NCBI RefSeq assembly: GCF_003334335.1 | Contig: NZ_QOWQ01000008.1 | Strand: one strand, 5' to 3' | From: Escherichia coli | GTDB taxonomy: Bacteria; Pseudomonadota; Gammaproteobacteria; Enterobacterales; Enterobacteriaceae | DNA: 64,000 nucleotides | Notes under the pieces: generated by a model | Told to the model about the DNA's origin: nothing | The model's input: the letters and a program-made list of their open reading frames with translations, nothing else | Database searches by the model: none | Shown here: one piece after another, positions 47,289 through 61,229 of the stretch | Layout of the letters: the number at the start of each line of letters is the position of its first letter | Numbering within the stretch: position 1 is the stretch's first letter | Translations under genes and position numbers: made by a program

Positions 47289-47648
47289 TTATTGTTCGCC
47301 TACAAAGCTGACAAAGCGCGTTCCTTTATAGCTCAGCGTACCTTTATCGCCCACTGTCAGGGCGTGGTACTGCTGGGCGTCGAGGCGAAACGTCTGCTCC
47401 ATTCCTCCGCTTTGCGGTTTGAAGCTTGCCTCATAGCGTATACTGGTGCCTGCCGGAGTCACTTCCTGCTGGCGCGAACGGCGATCGTTAATCGGTTTTT
47501 CCCGCTTGTTGCTCACCACCACCAGCTTTTGCTGGAGCGGAGCCATATCATTATCAGCTTTTTCCCGTCGCTGTTGCATAAAACGAAACGATGCGGCGAC
47601 GACAATTAAGCCAATGATAACAATAAAGAAAAGAGGTGGTTTGCTCAT
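47289..47648 (-). CDS. yhhM: membrane-anchored protein YhhM (DUF2500)
   Basis: ORF track 119 aa; N-terminal TM helix. Confidence 0.85.
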   Translation of the reverse strand: MSKPPLFFIVIIGLIVVAASFRFMQQRREKADNDMAPLQQKLVVVSNKREKPINDRRSRQQEVTPAGTSIRYEASFKPQSGGMEQTFRLDAQQYHALTVGDKGTLSYKGTRFVSFVGEQ

Positions 47649-47788
47649 CTTTATCCCTCATCGGAAAATGCGGAAATAAGCATACCCTGCCAGTTATGGT
47701 GTTGTCATCCGTCCACCCTCGCCACTAAACTGGAAGCAAGACCGTAGGCATTCCGCTTACGAAAAAATAACGAATTCAAGGAACTAAG

Positions 47789-48415
47789 ATGCTTTGGTCG
47801 TTTATCGCTGTCTGTCTTTCCGCATGGCTATCTGTGGATGCATCGTATCGTGGGCCAACCTGGCAACGCTGGGTGTTTAAACCGTTAACCCTTCTTCTCC
47901 TGCTGTTACTGGCCTGGCAAGCGCCGATGTTCGACGCCATTAGCTATCTGGTGCTGGCAGGGCTGTGCGCCTCACTGCTGGGCGATGCGCTAACCCTGTT
48001 GCCACGTCAACGTCTGATGTACGCCATCGGCGCGTTTTTCCTCTCGCACCTGCTGTACACCATCTATTTCGCCAGTCAGATGACGCTCTCTTTCTTCTGG
48101 CCTCTACCACTGGTGCTGCTGGTTCTGGGTGCGCTGTTACTGGCGATTATCTGGACGCGCCTGGAAGAGTACCGTTGGCCTATCTGCACGTTTATCGGCA
48201 TGACGCTGGTGATGGTGTGGCTGGCAGGTGAACTGTGGTTCTTCCGTCCGACCGCTCCGGCGCTCTCTGCGTTTGTTGGCGCTTCGTTGCTGTTTATCAG
48301 TAACTTTGTCTGGCTGGGGAGCCACTATCGCCGACGCTTCCGTGCGGATAACGCGATTGCTGCGGCCTGCTACTTTGCCGGTCACTTCCTGATCGTCCGC
48401 TCGCTGTATCTCTGA
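47789..48415 (+). CDS. yhhN: YhhN-family inner membrane protein
   Basis: ORF track 208 aa, polytopic. Confidence 0.88.
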
Positions 48416-48421
48416 TAAAAC

Positions 48422-48453
48422 TTGACTCTGGAGTCGACTCCAGAGTGTATCCT
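48422..48453 (+). promoter_or_regulatory. zntA promoter with ZntR (MerR-type) operator
   Basis: TTGACT -35, 20-bp spacer containing dyad ACTCTGGAGTCGACTCCAGAGT, -10 TATCCT; long spacer is typical of MerR-family promoters; ~35 bp upstream of zntA ATG. Confidence 0.8.
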
Positions 48454-48488
48454 TCGGTTAATGAGAAAAAACTTAACCGGAGGATGCC

Positions 48489-50687
48489 ATGTCGACTCCT
48501 GACAATCACGGCAAGAAAGCCCCTCAATTTGCTGCGTTCAAACCGCTAACCACGGTACAGAACGCCAACGACTGTTGCTGCGACGGCGCATGTTCCAGCA
48601 CGCCAACTCTCTCTGAAAACGTCTCCGGCACCCGCTATAGCTGGAAAGTCAGCGGCATGGACTGCGCCGCCTGTGCGCGCAAGGTAGAAAATGCCGTGCG
48701 CCAGCTTGCAGGCGTGAATCAGGTGCAGGTGTTGTTCGCCACCGAAAAACTGGTGGTCGATGCCGACAATGACATTCGTGCACAAGTTGAATCTGCGCTG
48801 CAAAAAGCAGGCTATTCCCTGCGCGATGAACAGGCCGCCGAAGAACCGCAAGCATCACGCCTGAAAGAGAATCTGCCGCTGATTACGCTAATCGTGATGA
48901 TGGCAATCAGCTGGGGTCTGGAGCAGTTCAATCATCCGTTCGGGCAACTGGCGTTTATCGCGACCACGCTGGTTGGGCTGTACCCGATTGCTCGTCAGGC
49001 ATTACGGTTGATCAAATCCGGCAGCTACTTCGCCATTGAAACCTTAATGAGCGTAGCCGCTATTGGTGCACTGTTTATTGGCGCAACGGCTGAAGCTGCG
49101 ATGGTGTTGCTGCTGTTTTTGATTGGTGAACGACTGGAAGGCTGGGCCGCCAGCCGCGCGCGTCAGGGCGTTAGCGCGTTAATGGCGCTGAAACCAGAAA
49201 CCGCCACGCGCCTGCGTAAGGGTGAGCGGGAAGAGGTGGCGATTAACAGCCTGCGCCCTGGCGATGTGATTGAAGTCGCCGCAGGTGGGCGTTTGCCTGC
49301 CGACGGTAAACTGCTCTCACCGTTTGCCAGTTTTGATGAAAGCGCCCTGACCGGCGAATCCATTCCGGTGGAGCGCGCAACGGGCGATAAAGTCCCTGCT
49401 GGTGCCACCAGCGTAGACCGTCTGGTGACGTTGGAAGTGCTGTCAGAACCGGGAGCCAGCGCCATTGACCGGATTCTGAAACTGATCGAAGAAGCCGAAG
49501 AGCGTCGCGCTCCCATTGAGCGGTTTATCGACCGTTTCAGCCGTATCTATACGCCCGCGATTATGGCCGTCGCTCTGCTGGTGACGCTGGTGCCACCGCT
49601 GCTGTTTGCCGCCAGCTGGCAGGAGTGGATTTATAAAGGGCTGACGCTGCTGCTGATTGGCTGCCCGTGTGCGTTAGTTATCTCAACGCCTGCGGCGATT
49701 ACCTCCGGGCTGGCGGCGGCAGCGCGTCGTGGGGCGTTGATTAAAGGCGGAGCGGCGCTGGAACAGCTGGGTCGTGTTACTCAGGTGGCGTTTGATAAAA
49801 CCGGTACGCTGACCGTCGGTAAACCGCGCGTTACCGCGATTCATCCGGCAACGGGTATTAGTGAATCTGAACTGCTGACACTGGCGGCGGCGGTCGAGCA
49901 AGGCGCGACGCATCCACTGGCGCAAGCCATCGTACGCGAAGCACAGGTTGCTGAACTCGCCATTCCCACCGCCGAATCACAGCGGGCGCTGGTCGGGTCT
50001 GGCATTGAAGCGCAGGTTAACGGTGAGCGCGTATTGATTTGCGCTGCCGGGAAACATCCCGCTGATGCATTTACTGGTTTAATTAACGAACTGGAAAGCG
50101 CCGGGCAAACGGTAGTGCTGGTAGTACGTAACGATGACGTGCTTGGTGTCATTGCGTTACAGGATACCCTGCGCGCCGATGCTGCAACTGCCATCAGTGA
50201 ACTGAACGCGCTGGGCGTCAAAGGGGTGATCCTCACCGGCGATAATCCACGCGCAGCGGCGGCAATTGCCGGGGAGCTGGGGCTGGAGTTTAAAGCGGGC
50301 CTGTTGCCGGAAGATAAAGTCAAAGCGGTGACCGGGCTGAATCAACATGCGCCGCTGGCGATGGTCGGTGACGGTATTAACGACGCGCCAGCGATGAAAG
50401 CTGCCGCCATCGGGATTGCAATGGGTAGCGGCACAGACGTGGCGCTGGAAACCGCCGACGCAGCATTAACCCATAACCACCTGCGCGGCCTGGTGCAAAT
50501 GATTGAACTGGCACGCGCCACTCACGCCAATATCCGCCAGAACATCACTATTGCGCTGGGGCTGAAAGGGATCTTCCTCGTCACCACGCTGTTAGGGATG
50601 ACCGGGTTGTGGCTGGCAGTGCTGGCAGATACGGGGGCGACGGTGCTGGTGACAGCGAATGCGTTAAGATTGTTGCGCAGGAGATAA
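48489..50687 (+). CDS. zntA: Zn/Cd/Pb-exporting P1B-type ATPase ZntA
   Basis: ORF track 732 aa; N-terminal GMDCAACA, transmembrane CPC, phosphorylation site DKTGTLT. Confidence 0.96.
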   Translation: MSTPDNHGKKAPQFAAFKPLTTVQNANDCCCDGACSSTPTLSENVSGTRYSWKVSGMDCAACARKVENAVRQLAGVNQVQVLFATEKLVVDADNDIRAQVESALQKAGYSLRDEQAAEEPQASRLKENLPLITLIVMMAISWGLEQFNHPFGQLAFIATTLVGLYPIARQALRLIKSGSYFAIETLMSVAAIGALFIGATAEAAMVLLLFLIGERLEGWAASRARQGVSALMALKPETATRLRKGEREEVAINSLRPGDVIEVAAGGRLPADGKLLSPFASFDESALTGESIPVERATGDKVPAGATSVDRLVTLEVLSEPGASAIDRILKLIEEAEERRAPIERFIDRFSRIYTPAIMAVALLVTLVPPLLFAASWQEWIYKGLTLLLIGCPCALVISTPAAITSGLAAAARRGALIKGGAALEQLGRVTQVAFDKTGTLTVGKPRVTAIHPATGISESELLTLAAAVEQGATHPLAQAIVREAQVAELAIPTAESQRALVGSGIEAQVNGERVLICAAGKHPADAFTGLINELESAGQTVVLVVRNDDVLGVIALQDTLRADAATAISELNALGVKGVILTGDNPRAAAAIAGELGLEFKAGLLPEDKVKAVTGLNQHAPLAMVGDGINDAPAMKAAAIGIAMGSGTDVALETADAALTHNHLRGLVQMIELARATHANIRQNITIALGLKGIFLVTTLLGMTGLWLAVLADTGATVLVTANALRLLRRR

Positions 50688-50765
50688 GGCAAACCGATCG
50701 CAACATTGAGCGCGATCGGTCCCCTCGCCCCTCTGGGGAGAGGGTTAGGGTGAGGGGAAAAGGCG
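50688..50765. repeat. palindromic intergenic repeat (boxC-like) downstream of zntA
   Basis: ACCGATCGC...GCGATCGGT hairpin followed by CCCCTCGCCCCTCTGGGGAGAGGGTTAGGGTGAGGGG; gives the spurious minus ORF 50581..50778 (PFPLTLTLSPEGRG). Confidence 0.6.
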
Positions 50766-50788
50766 GCATCGAAGCCAATCAGCCCCTA

Positions 50789-51034
50789 TCAACCGCCTTT
50801 ACGAATCAAATAACGATAAGGCAGTCCATCCGTCTCTTTAGCAACCAGTTCGTGTTCCATAAAGGTACAAAACCCAGGAATATCGCGGGTAGTGGCCGGA
50901 TCGTCGGCGATAATCAGCAACGTTTCGCCAGGCTGCATATTGCGCACGGTTTTGCGCACCATCATCACCGGTTCCGGGCAGCGCAGGCCAAGCGCGTCGA
51001 GTGTGTGGTCAGGGCTGGAAAAGAGATCGGTCAT
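50789..51034 (-). CDS. tusA: sulfur carrier protein TusA
   Basis: ORF track 81 aa; conserved CPxP cysteine (LRCPEPVMM). Confidence 0.93.
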
Positions 51035-51254
51035 TTTCTTCTCATCACTTAAAAAAACGGCGCTAGTTTACGCCCTGTGAGTCCGTAAGCAAACTAGGTT
51101 AACGATTGCGTGAAAATTAACCATTGCATTGTCAACGTAAAGCAGTATCATGCGGCGGCTCGAAAAAAGGGTAAGCACGTTATTATGTTAAGGTAACAGA
51201 CGTGTCGTACGTATTGGGTTCCCTCACCCCAATGGTTAATCAAAAAGGTACAAT

Positions 51255-51920
51255 ATGAACGTTTTCTCGCAAACTCAACGCTATAAGGCGTTGTTCTGGT
51301 TATCGTTATTTCATCTGCTGGTGATCACCTCCAGTAACTATCTGGTTCAGCTTCCCGTCTCCATTTTGGGTTTCCATACCACCTGGGGCGCGTTTAGCTT
51401 TCCGTTTATTTTTCTTGCTACCGACCTGACCGTGCGTATTTTTGGCGCACCGCTGGCCCGACGCATTATCTTCGCGGTAATGATCCCTGCGTTATTAATC
51501 TCCTACGTCATCTCGTCGCTATTCTATATGGGTTCCTGGCAGGGATTCGGCGCACTCGCCCACTTCAACCTGTTTGTCGCCCGTATCGCCACCGCCAGTT
51601 TCATGGCCTACGCGCTGGGGCAAATCCTCGACGTGCACGTTTTTAACCGCCTGCGTCAGAGTCGCCGCTGGTGGCTGGCACCGACAGCGTCCACACTGTT
51701 CGGTAACGTCAGCGACACGCTGGCCTTTTTCTTCATTGCCTTCTGGCGTAGCCCGGATGCCTTTATGGCTGAACACTGGATGGAAATCGCGCTGGTCGAT
51801 TACTGTTTCAAAGTGTTAATCAGTATCGTTTTCTTCCTGCCAATGTATGGCGTATTACTCAATATGCTGTTGAAAAGACTGGCAGATAAATCCGAAATCA
51901 ACGCTTTGCAGGCGAGTTAA
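51255..51920 (+). CDS. yhhQ: queuosine-precursor transporter YhhQ
   Basis: ORF track 221 aa, polytopic. Confidence 0.9.
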   Translation: MNVFSQTQRYKALFWLSLFHLLVITSSNYLVQLPVSILGFHTTWGAFSFPFIFLATDLTVRIFGAPLARRIIFAVMIPALLISYVISSLFYMGSWQGFGALAHFNLFVARIATASFMAYALGQILDVHVFNRLRQSRRWWLAPTASTLFGNVSDTLAFFFIAFWRSPDAFMAEHWMEIALVDYCFKVLISIVFFLPMYGVLLNMLLKRLADKSEINALQAS

Positions 51921-51992
51921 AGGTTCGTTATCAGAGTTGTGATAAGATGGATGAATGAGCCGTTATGGCCGTTTATCGAAAGGAAGAAGTCA

Positions 51993-52550
51993 ATGCGCAA
52001 TCTGGTTAAATATGTCGGAATTGGCCTGCTGGTTATGGGGCTTGCGGCCTGTGATGATAAAGACACTAACGCTACGGCGCAGGGTTCGGTCGCGGAAAGT
52101 AACGCTACCGGGAATCCCGTCAACCTGCTTGATGGCAAGTTAAGTTTCTCGCTGCCAGCGGATATGACCGACCAGAGCGGTAAGCTGGGAACGCAGGCCA
52201 ATAACATGCATGTCTGGTCCGACGCCACCGGGCAGAAAGCAGTCATCGTCATCATGGGCGATGATCCGAAAGAAGATCTGGCGGTGCTGGCGAAGCGTCT
52301 GGAAGATCAGCAACGTAGCCGCGATCCGCAGCTGCAAGTGGTAACCAATAAAGCCATTGAGCTGAAAGGTCACAAAATGCAGCAGTTAGACAGTATTATC
52401 TCCGCGAAAGGCCAGACGGCGTACTCTTCCGTTATTCTGGGTAACGTGGGTAATCAACTGCTGACCATGCAAATTACGCTGCCCGCTGACGATCAGCAAA
52501 AAGCGCAGACCACCGCAGAAAACATCATTAATACGCTGGTTATTCAGTAA
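51993..52550 (+). CDS. dcrB: periplasmic lipoprotein DcrB
   Basis: ORF track trimmed to ATG at 51993 giving 185 aa; lipobox LAAC. Confidence 0.88.
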
Positions 52551-52553
52551 GTT

Positions 52554-53771
52554 TTAAGATGATGAGGCGGCCTCAGGGACGTGTTCCGGAGGCCGTTTTT
52601 TTAATCGCCACGTCAGTAATAACGCGATTGCGACCAGTCCCGCCGCCGCCAGATAAATCACCGGTACGCCCGCCCAGCTCATCACCAGCCCAGCCAGTGG
52701 TCCAGTCACGCCAAGCGATAAATCCATAAATACGGTGTAAGTTGCCAGCGCCGCCCCCTGATTTTGCTGCGGAACCGCTTTTACCGCCACTACACCCAAT
52801 GCCGGGAACACCAGCGAAAACCCGGCCCCCGCCAGTAAGACGCCGATTTTCGCCATCCACGGCATAGTCGCCACGCCAACCAGTAGCAGGCCGATTATCT
52901 CAACGCTAAAGCAAATCATCGCTACGTTTAAGCCACCGATACGGTTAATGCCGTTAGGGAATAACAAACGCGTACCGACAAACGCACAGCTAAACAGCGT
53001 CAGCGCGAAAGCCGCACCGTCCCAACCTTTAGCGTCATAAAACAGCGTGATAAAGGTGGCGATGACGCCAAATCCGGCGGAAGCCAGTGCCAGCGCCATA
53101 CCGTACAGCCAGACGCGCCCAAGCACCGCGCGAAACGGCAGCGGTTTGCCTTTACTGGCTTTTACCGTCGGACGCGGGATCGCCAACAAAATGGCCACCA
53201 GCGCCACGCCCATAATGATTAACGCTAACGCCTGCAAGCCGCCCCAGTGATAAAACACGACGCCTAACGGCGCACCCATCGCCATCGCCCCGTAAGTGAC
53301 AATGCCGTTCCACGAAATCACCCGCCCGATATGCAGCGAGCCAACCACGCCAACGCCCCATAGGGTCGATCCCGTTCCGGCAAAACTTTGCCCAATCCCA
53401 AGGATGACGCGCCCCAGGCAAAGTAATAACAGGCTGATGACAGGCAGACTGGCGGTTAATCCTGCCGTCAGATACCCCAGACCGCTCAAAAAGCAGCCGC
53501 ATAAACCGAAGACGACAATCTTTTTGGGTCCCAGCGAATCGGCGTAACGTCCGGCATGAGGGCGGCTCAGCAAGGTGGCGAAATATTGCAGGCTGATAAC
53601 CAATCCTGCCCAGAAGGCGCTAAAGCCCATCACATCATGGACATAGCCCGGTAATACAGCGAGCGGCAACCCGATGGTGAGGTAGCTGGCGAAGTTAAAC
53701 ATGACTATAGAGACAATGCGCAAATTCAGGCGCAATCCGTTTAGCGCGGGTTCGGCTACGGGTTCGGGCAT
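52554..53771 (-). CDS. yhhS: MFS transporter YhhS
   Basis: ORF track trimmed to ATG at 53771 giving 405 aa; 12-TM-like. Confidence 0.88.
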   Translation of the reverse strand: MPEPVAEPALNGLRLNLRIVSIVMFNFASYLTIGLPLAVLPGYVHDVMGFSAFWAGLVISLQYFATLLSRPHAGRYADSLGPKKIVVFGLCGCFLSGLGYLTAGLTASLPVISLLLLCLGRVILGIGQSFAGTGSTLWGVGVVGSLHIGRVISWNGIVTYGAMAMGAPLGVVFYHWGGLQALALIIMGVALVAILLAIPRPTVKASKGKPLPFRAVLGRVWLYGMALALASAGFGVIATFITLFYDAKGWDGAAFALTLFSCAFVGTRLLFPNGINRIGGLNVAMICFSVEIIGLLLVGVATMPWMAKIGVLLAGAGFSLVFPALGVVAVKAVPQQNQGAALATYTVFMDLSLGVTGPLAGLVMSWAGVPVIYLAAAGLVAIALLLTWRLKKRPPEHVPEAASSS

Positions 53772-53902
53772 GAGGATCACCACATTTTTACAACAGTGTT
53801 TCATTTTTACCACGTGCTGACGTGAAAATCAGCAGTAAGAATCAGAATATTGCTGGCGTGACTCCCGCTACACTTAATACAAAAAGTCACAAGGAAGCCC
53901 CA

Positions 53903-54952
53903 ATGGAAACCCCTCAACCCGATAAAACGGGCATGCACATTCTGCTCAAGCTGGCCTCGCTGGTAGTGATCCTCGCGGGCATTCACGCAGCGGCAGATAT
54001 CATTGTGCAGCTGTTACTGGCGCTGTTTTTTGCCATCGTCCTCAACCCGCTCGTCACCTGGTTTATTCGTCGGGGAGTACAACGCCCCGTTGCCATTACG
54101 ATTGTAGTGGTGGTGATGCTGATCGCACTAACCGCGCTGGTCGGCGTACTGGCGGCATCGTTTAACGAATTTATCTCTATGCTGCCGAAGTTTAATAAGG
54201 AGCTGACGCGCAAACTTTTTAAATTGCAGGAGATGTTGCCTTTTCTTAATTTGCATATGTCGCCGGAGCGAATGCTGCAGCGGATGGACTCGGAAAAAGT
54301 GGTTACCTTCACCACAGCGCTAATGACCGGGCTTTCCGGGGCAATGGCGAGCGTGCTTTTGCTGGTGATGACCGTAGTTTTTATGCTGTTTGAAGTGCGC
54401 CACGTCCCTTACAAAATGCGTTTTGCGCTGAATAATCCACAGATTCACATCGCGGGATTACACCGCGCACTTAAAGGCGTTTCGCACTATCTTGCATTGA
54501 AGACGCTACTCAGTTTATGGACAGGTGTCATCGTCTGGCTGGGGCTGGAGCTGATGGGGGTGCAGTTTGCGCTGATGTGGGCAGTACTGGCGTTTTTGCT
54601 CAACTACGTGCCCAATATCGGCGCGGTAATTTCCGCCGTACCGCCAATGATTCAGGTGCTGCTGTTTAATGGTGTTTACGAATGTATTCTGGTCGGCGCA
54701 TTGTTTTTAGTGGTCCATATGGTCATCGGCAATATTTTAGAACCACGGATGATGGGCCATCGCCTGGGGATGTCCACCATGGTGGTATTTCTTTCATTGT
54801 TAATTTGGGGATGGCTGCTCGGCCCGGTAGGGATGCTACTTTCGGTGCCATTAACCAGCGTGTGTAAAATCTGGATGGAAACCACCAAAGGCGGTAGCAA
54901 ACTGGCGATTTTACTGGGGCCGGGCAGACCGAAAAGTCGGTTACCGGGATGA
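53903..54952 (+). CDS. yhhT: AI-2E/PerM-family membrane protein YhhT
   Basis: ORF track trimmed to ATG at 53903 giving 349 aa. Confidence 0.88.
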   Translation: METPQPDKTGMHILLKLASLVVILAGIHAAADIIVQLLLALFFAIVLNPLVTWFIRRGVQRPVAITIVVVVMLIALTALVGVLAASFNEFISMLPKFNKELTRKLFKLQEMLPFLNLHMSPERMLQRMDSEKVVTFTTALMTGLSGAMASVLLLVMTVVFMLFEVRHVPYKMRFALNNPQIHIAGLHRALKGVSHYLALKTLLSLWTGVIVWLGLELMGVQFALMWAVLAFLLNYVPNIGAVISAVPPMIQVLLFNGVYECILVGALFLVVHMVIGNILEPRMMGHRLGMSTMVVFLSLLIWGWLLGPVGMLLSVPLTSVCKIWMETTKGGSKLAILLGPGRPKSRLPG

Positions 54953-55006
54953 GGCGACAAGTGATACGATACGCACTTTCATTTTCCATTAAACGTTGGC
55001 CCTGAT

Positions 55007-55594
55007 ATGTATCGGATAGTTCTGGGGAAAGTTTCGACCTTAAGCGCAGCTCCACTGCCACCGGGTTTACGCGAGCAAGCACCGCAAGGTCCACGACGCG
55101 AACGCTGGCTGGCGGGGCGTGCATTGCTTTCGCACACGCTTTCCCCGCTACCGGAGATCATCTATGGCGAACAAGGCAAACCTGCATTTGCGCCGGAAAT
55201 GCCGCTATGGTTCAACTTAAGCCATAGCGGTGACGATATCGCCCTGCTGTTGAGTGATGAAGGCGAAGTCGGCTGCGATATCGAAGTGATTCGCCCGCGC
55301 GCCAACTGGCGCTGGCTGGCGAACGCCGTATTCAGCCTCGGGGAACACGCTGAGATGGACGCCGTGCATCCTGATCAGCAACTGGAAATGTTCTGGCGCA
55401 TCTGGACGCGCAAAGAAGCCATCGTTAAACAGCGTGGCGGCAGCGCCTGGCAAATCGTCAGCGTAGACAGCACCTATCACTCCTCGCTGTCAGTCAGCCA
55501 TTGTCAGCTTGAAAATTTAAGCCTTGCGATCTGCACCCCTACTCCCTTTACGCTCACCGCCGACAGTGTGCAATGGATCGATTCAGTTAACTGA
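55007..55594 (+). CDS. acpT: 4'-phosphopantetheinyl transferase AcpT
   Basis: ORF track 195 aa. Confidence 0.9.
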   Translation: MYRIVLGKVSTLSAAPLPPGLREQAPQGPRRERWLAGRALLSHTLSPLPEIIYGEQGKPAFAPEMPLWFNLSHSGDDIALLLSDEGEVGCDIEVIRPRANWRWLANAVFSLGEHAEMDAVHPDQQLEMFWRIWTRKEAIVKQRGGSAWQIVSVDSTYHSSLSVSHCQLENLSLAICTPTPFTLTADSVQWIDSVN

Positions 55595-55639
55595 TCTGCC
55601 CACCCGACTGCCCATCTATTGATCCAGAACAGGTAATCA

Positions 55640-55667
55640 GTATGACGAATACTTAAAATCGTCATAC
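55640..55667 (+). promoter_or_regulatory. NikR operator at the nikA promoter
   Basis: GTATGA-N16-TCATAC dyad (GTATGACGAATACTTAAAATCGTCATAC) ~40 bp upstream of nikA ATG. Confidence 0.8.
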
Positions 55668-55704
55668 TTATTTCCGCCATCTATTTTAATCCATTGGGGT
55701 TACC

Positions 55705-57279
55705 ATGCTCTCCACACTCCGCCGCACTCTATTTGCGCTGCTGGCTTGTGCGTCTTTTATCGTCCATGCCGCTGCACCAGATGAAATCACCACCGCCTGG
55801 CCGGTGAATGTCGGGCCACTAAACCCGCACCTTTACACGCCTAACCAGATGTTCGCCCAGAGCATGGTTTATGAACCATTGGTGAAATATCAGGCAGACG
55901 GTTCGGTGATCCCGTGGCTGGCAAAAAGCTGGACTCATTCAGAAGATGGTAAAACCTGGACCTTCACCCTGCGTGATGACGTGAAATTCTCCAACGGTGA
56001 ACCGTTCGATGCCGAGGCGGCGGCAGAAAACTTCCGCGCAGTGCTCGATAACCGTCAACGTCACGCCTGGCTGGAGCTGGCAAACCAGATTGTTGATGTT
56101 AAAGCACTCAGTAAAACAGAGCTGCAAATTACCCTGAAAAGCGCCTACTATCCTTTCCTGCAAGAACTGGCCCTGCCCCGTCCTTTCCGTTTTATCGCTC
56201 CCTCGCAGTTTAAAAACCATGAAACCATGAACGGAATTAAAGCGCCGATTGGCACCGGACCGTGGATTTTGCAGGAATCGAAACTGAATCAGTACGATGT
56301 CTTCGTCCGTAACGAAAACTACTGGGGCGAAAAGCCAGCGATTAAAAAGATCACCTTTAACGTCATCCCGGACCCGACTACCCGCGCGGTGGCGTTTGAA
56401 ACTGGCGATATCGACCTGCTGTACGGAAACGAAGGGTTATTACCGCTCGATACCTTCGCCCGCTTTAGCCAGAATCCGGCTTACCACACCCAACTGTCAC
56501 AGCCGATCGAAACCGTGATGCTGGCGCTCAATACCGCCAAAGCCCCCACCAACGAGCTGGCAGTACGTGAAGCTCTTAATTACGCGGTAAACAAAAAATC
56601 GCTGATTGATAACGCGTTGTATGGCACCCAGCAGGTCGCCGACACCCTGTTTGCCCCTTCTGTGCCCTACGCCAACCTCGGCCTGAAACCGAGCCAGTAC
56701 GATCCGCAAAAAGCGAAAGCGTTGCTGGAAAAAGCCGGTTGGACGCTGCCTGCGGGCAAAGACATCCGCGAGAAAAATGGTCAGCCGCTGCGCATTGAAC
56801 TTTCGTTCATCGGCACCGATGCGTTAAGCAAATCGATGGCGGAAATCATTCAGGCTGATATGCGCCAGATTGGCGCAGATGTCTCGCTGATTGGCGAAGA
56901 AGAGAGCAGTATCTATGCTCGTCAGCGCGACGGTCGTTTTGGCATGATTTTCCACCGCACCTGGGGCGCGCCATATGATCCACACGCCTTCCTCAGTTCA
57001 ATGCGCGTACCGTCACACGCTGACTTCCAGGCACAGCAAGGATTAGCCGACAAACCGCTGATTGATAAAGAGATCGGCGAAGTGCTGGCGACCCATGACG
57101 AAACGCAACGTCAGGCGCTGTATCGCGACATTCTGACCCGTCTGCATGACGAGGCGGTTTATCTGCCTATCAGTTACATCTCAATGATGGTGGTATCAAA
57201 ACCGGAGCTGGGTAACATCCCCTACGCGCCGATCGCCACCGAAATTCCGTTCGAACAGATTAAACCGGTGAAACCTTAA
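55705..57279 (+). CDS. nikA: periplasmic nickel-binding protein NikA
   Basis: ORF track 524 aa with signal peptide. Confidence 0.95.
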
Positions 57280-58219
57280 TGTTGCGTTACGTATTACGCC
57301 GCTTTCTGCTGCTGATCCCGATGGTGCTCGCCGCCTCGGTGATCATTTTTCTGATGCTGCGCCTCGGTACCGGCGACCCGGCGCTCGATTATTTGCGTCT
57401 GTCTAACCTGCCGCCGACGCCGGAGATGCTGGCCTCTACCCGCACCATGCTGGGACTGGATCAGCCGCTGTACGTCCAGTACGGCACCTGGTTGTGGAAG
57501 GCGCTGCATCTTGACTTTGGTATCTCATTCGCCAGCCAACGCCCGGTACTGGACGATATGCTGAACTTCCTGCCCGCCACGCTGGAACTTGCAGGTGCGG
57601 CGCTGGTATTAATTCTGCTCACTTCCGTACCGCTCGGTATCTGGGCGGCGCGCCATCGCGACCGTCTGCCGGATTTCGCCGTACGTTTCATCGCGTTTCT
57701 TGGCGTGTCGATGCCTAACTTCTGGCTGGCGTTTTTACTGGTGATGGCGTTTTCGGTGTATCTGCAATGGCTACCCGCGATGGGTTACGGCGGCTGGCAG
57801 CACATCATTTTGCCTGCGGTTTCCATTGCCTTTATGTCGCTGGCGATTAACGCGCGTTTACTGCGCGCCAGTATGCTGGACGTCGCCGGTCAGCGTCACG
57901 TCACCTGGGCGCGTCTGCGCGGCCTGAACGACAAACAGACCGAACGTCGCCACATCCTGCGCAATGCCTCGCTGCCGATGATCACCGCCGTGGGGATGCA
58001 TATCGGCGAACTGATTGGCGGGACGATGATTATCGAAAACATCTTTGCCTGGCCGGGCGTCGGGCGCTATGCGGTGTCGGCGATTTTTAACCGTGACTAT
58101 CCGGTGATCCAGTGCTTTACGCTGATGATGGTGGTGGTTTTTGTGGTCTGTAATTTGATTGTCGATTTGCTCAACGCCGCGCTGGACCCGCGCATTCGTC
58201 GTCATGAAGGAGCGCACGC

Positions 58220-58223
<4 letters not shown>
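57279..58223 (+). CDS. nikB: nickel ABC permease NikB
   Basis: ORF track 314 aa; 1-bp overlap with nikA. Confidence 0.95.
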
Positions 58224-61027
<2,804 letters not shown>

Positions 61028-61229
61028 GTCTATTATTGGGTCCTTTGGTGAACGATCAACAAAGGGCCACTAGCACACCTGATTCCTCTCTAAATACCCT
61101 ATCCGAACCTTCTCTTTTGTAACGTTCTAAATATATTCCTAAAAATCTTCAATTCATTGTGACCACAAGTTTTTCTTCGCTTTTTCGTATGAAGATACTG
61201 TCATTAAAATAATAGAAAAGGATTTTACG

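Noticed and set aside
51035-51254. Possible riboswitch upstream of yhhQ (queuosine-precursor transporter)
   Set aside because: No recognisable conserved preQ1-type aptamer features by eye; cannot be supported without a covariance-model search
61040-61070. Hairpin after nikR (GGTCCTTTG...CAAAGGGCC) as an intrinsic terminator
   Set aside because: Stem has a mismatch, loop is ~12 nt, and no T-tract follows; not supportable as a terminator
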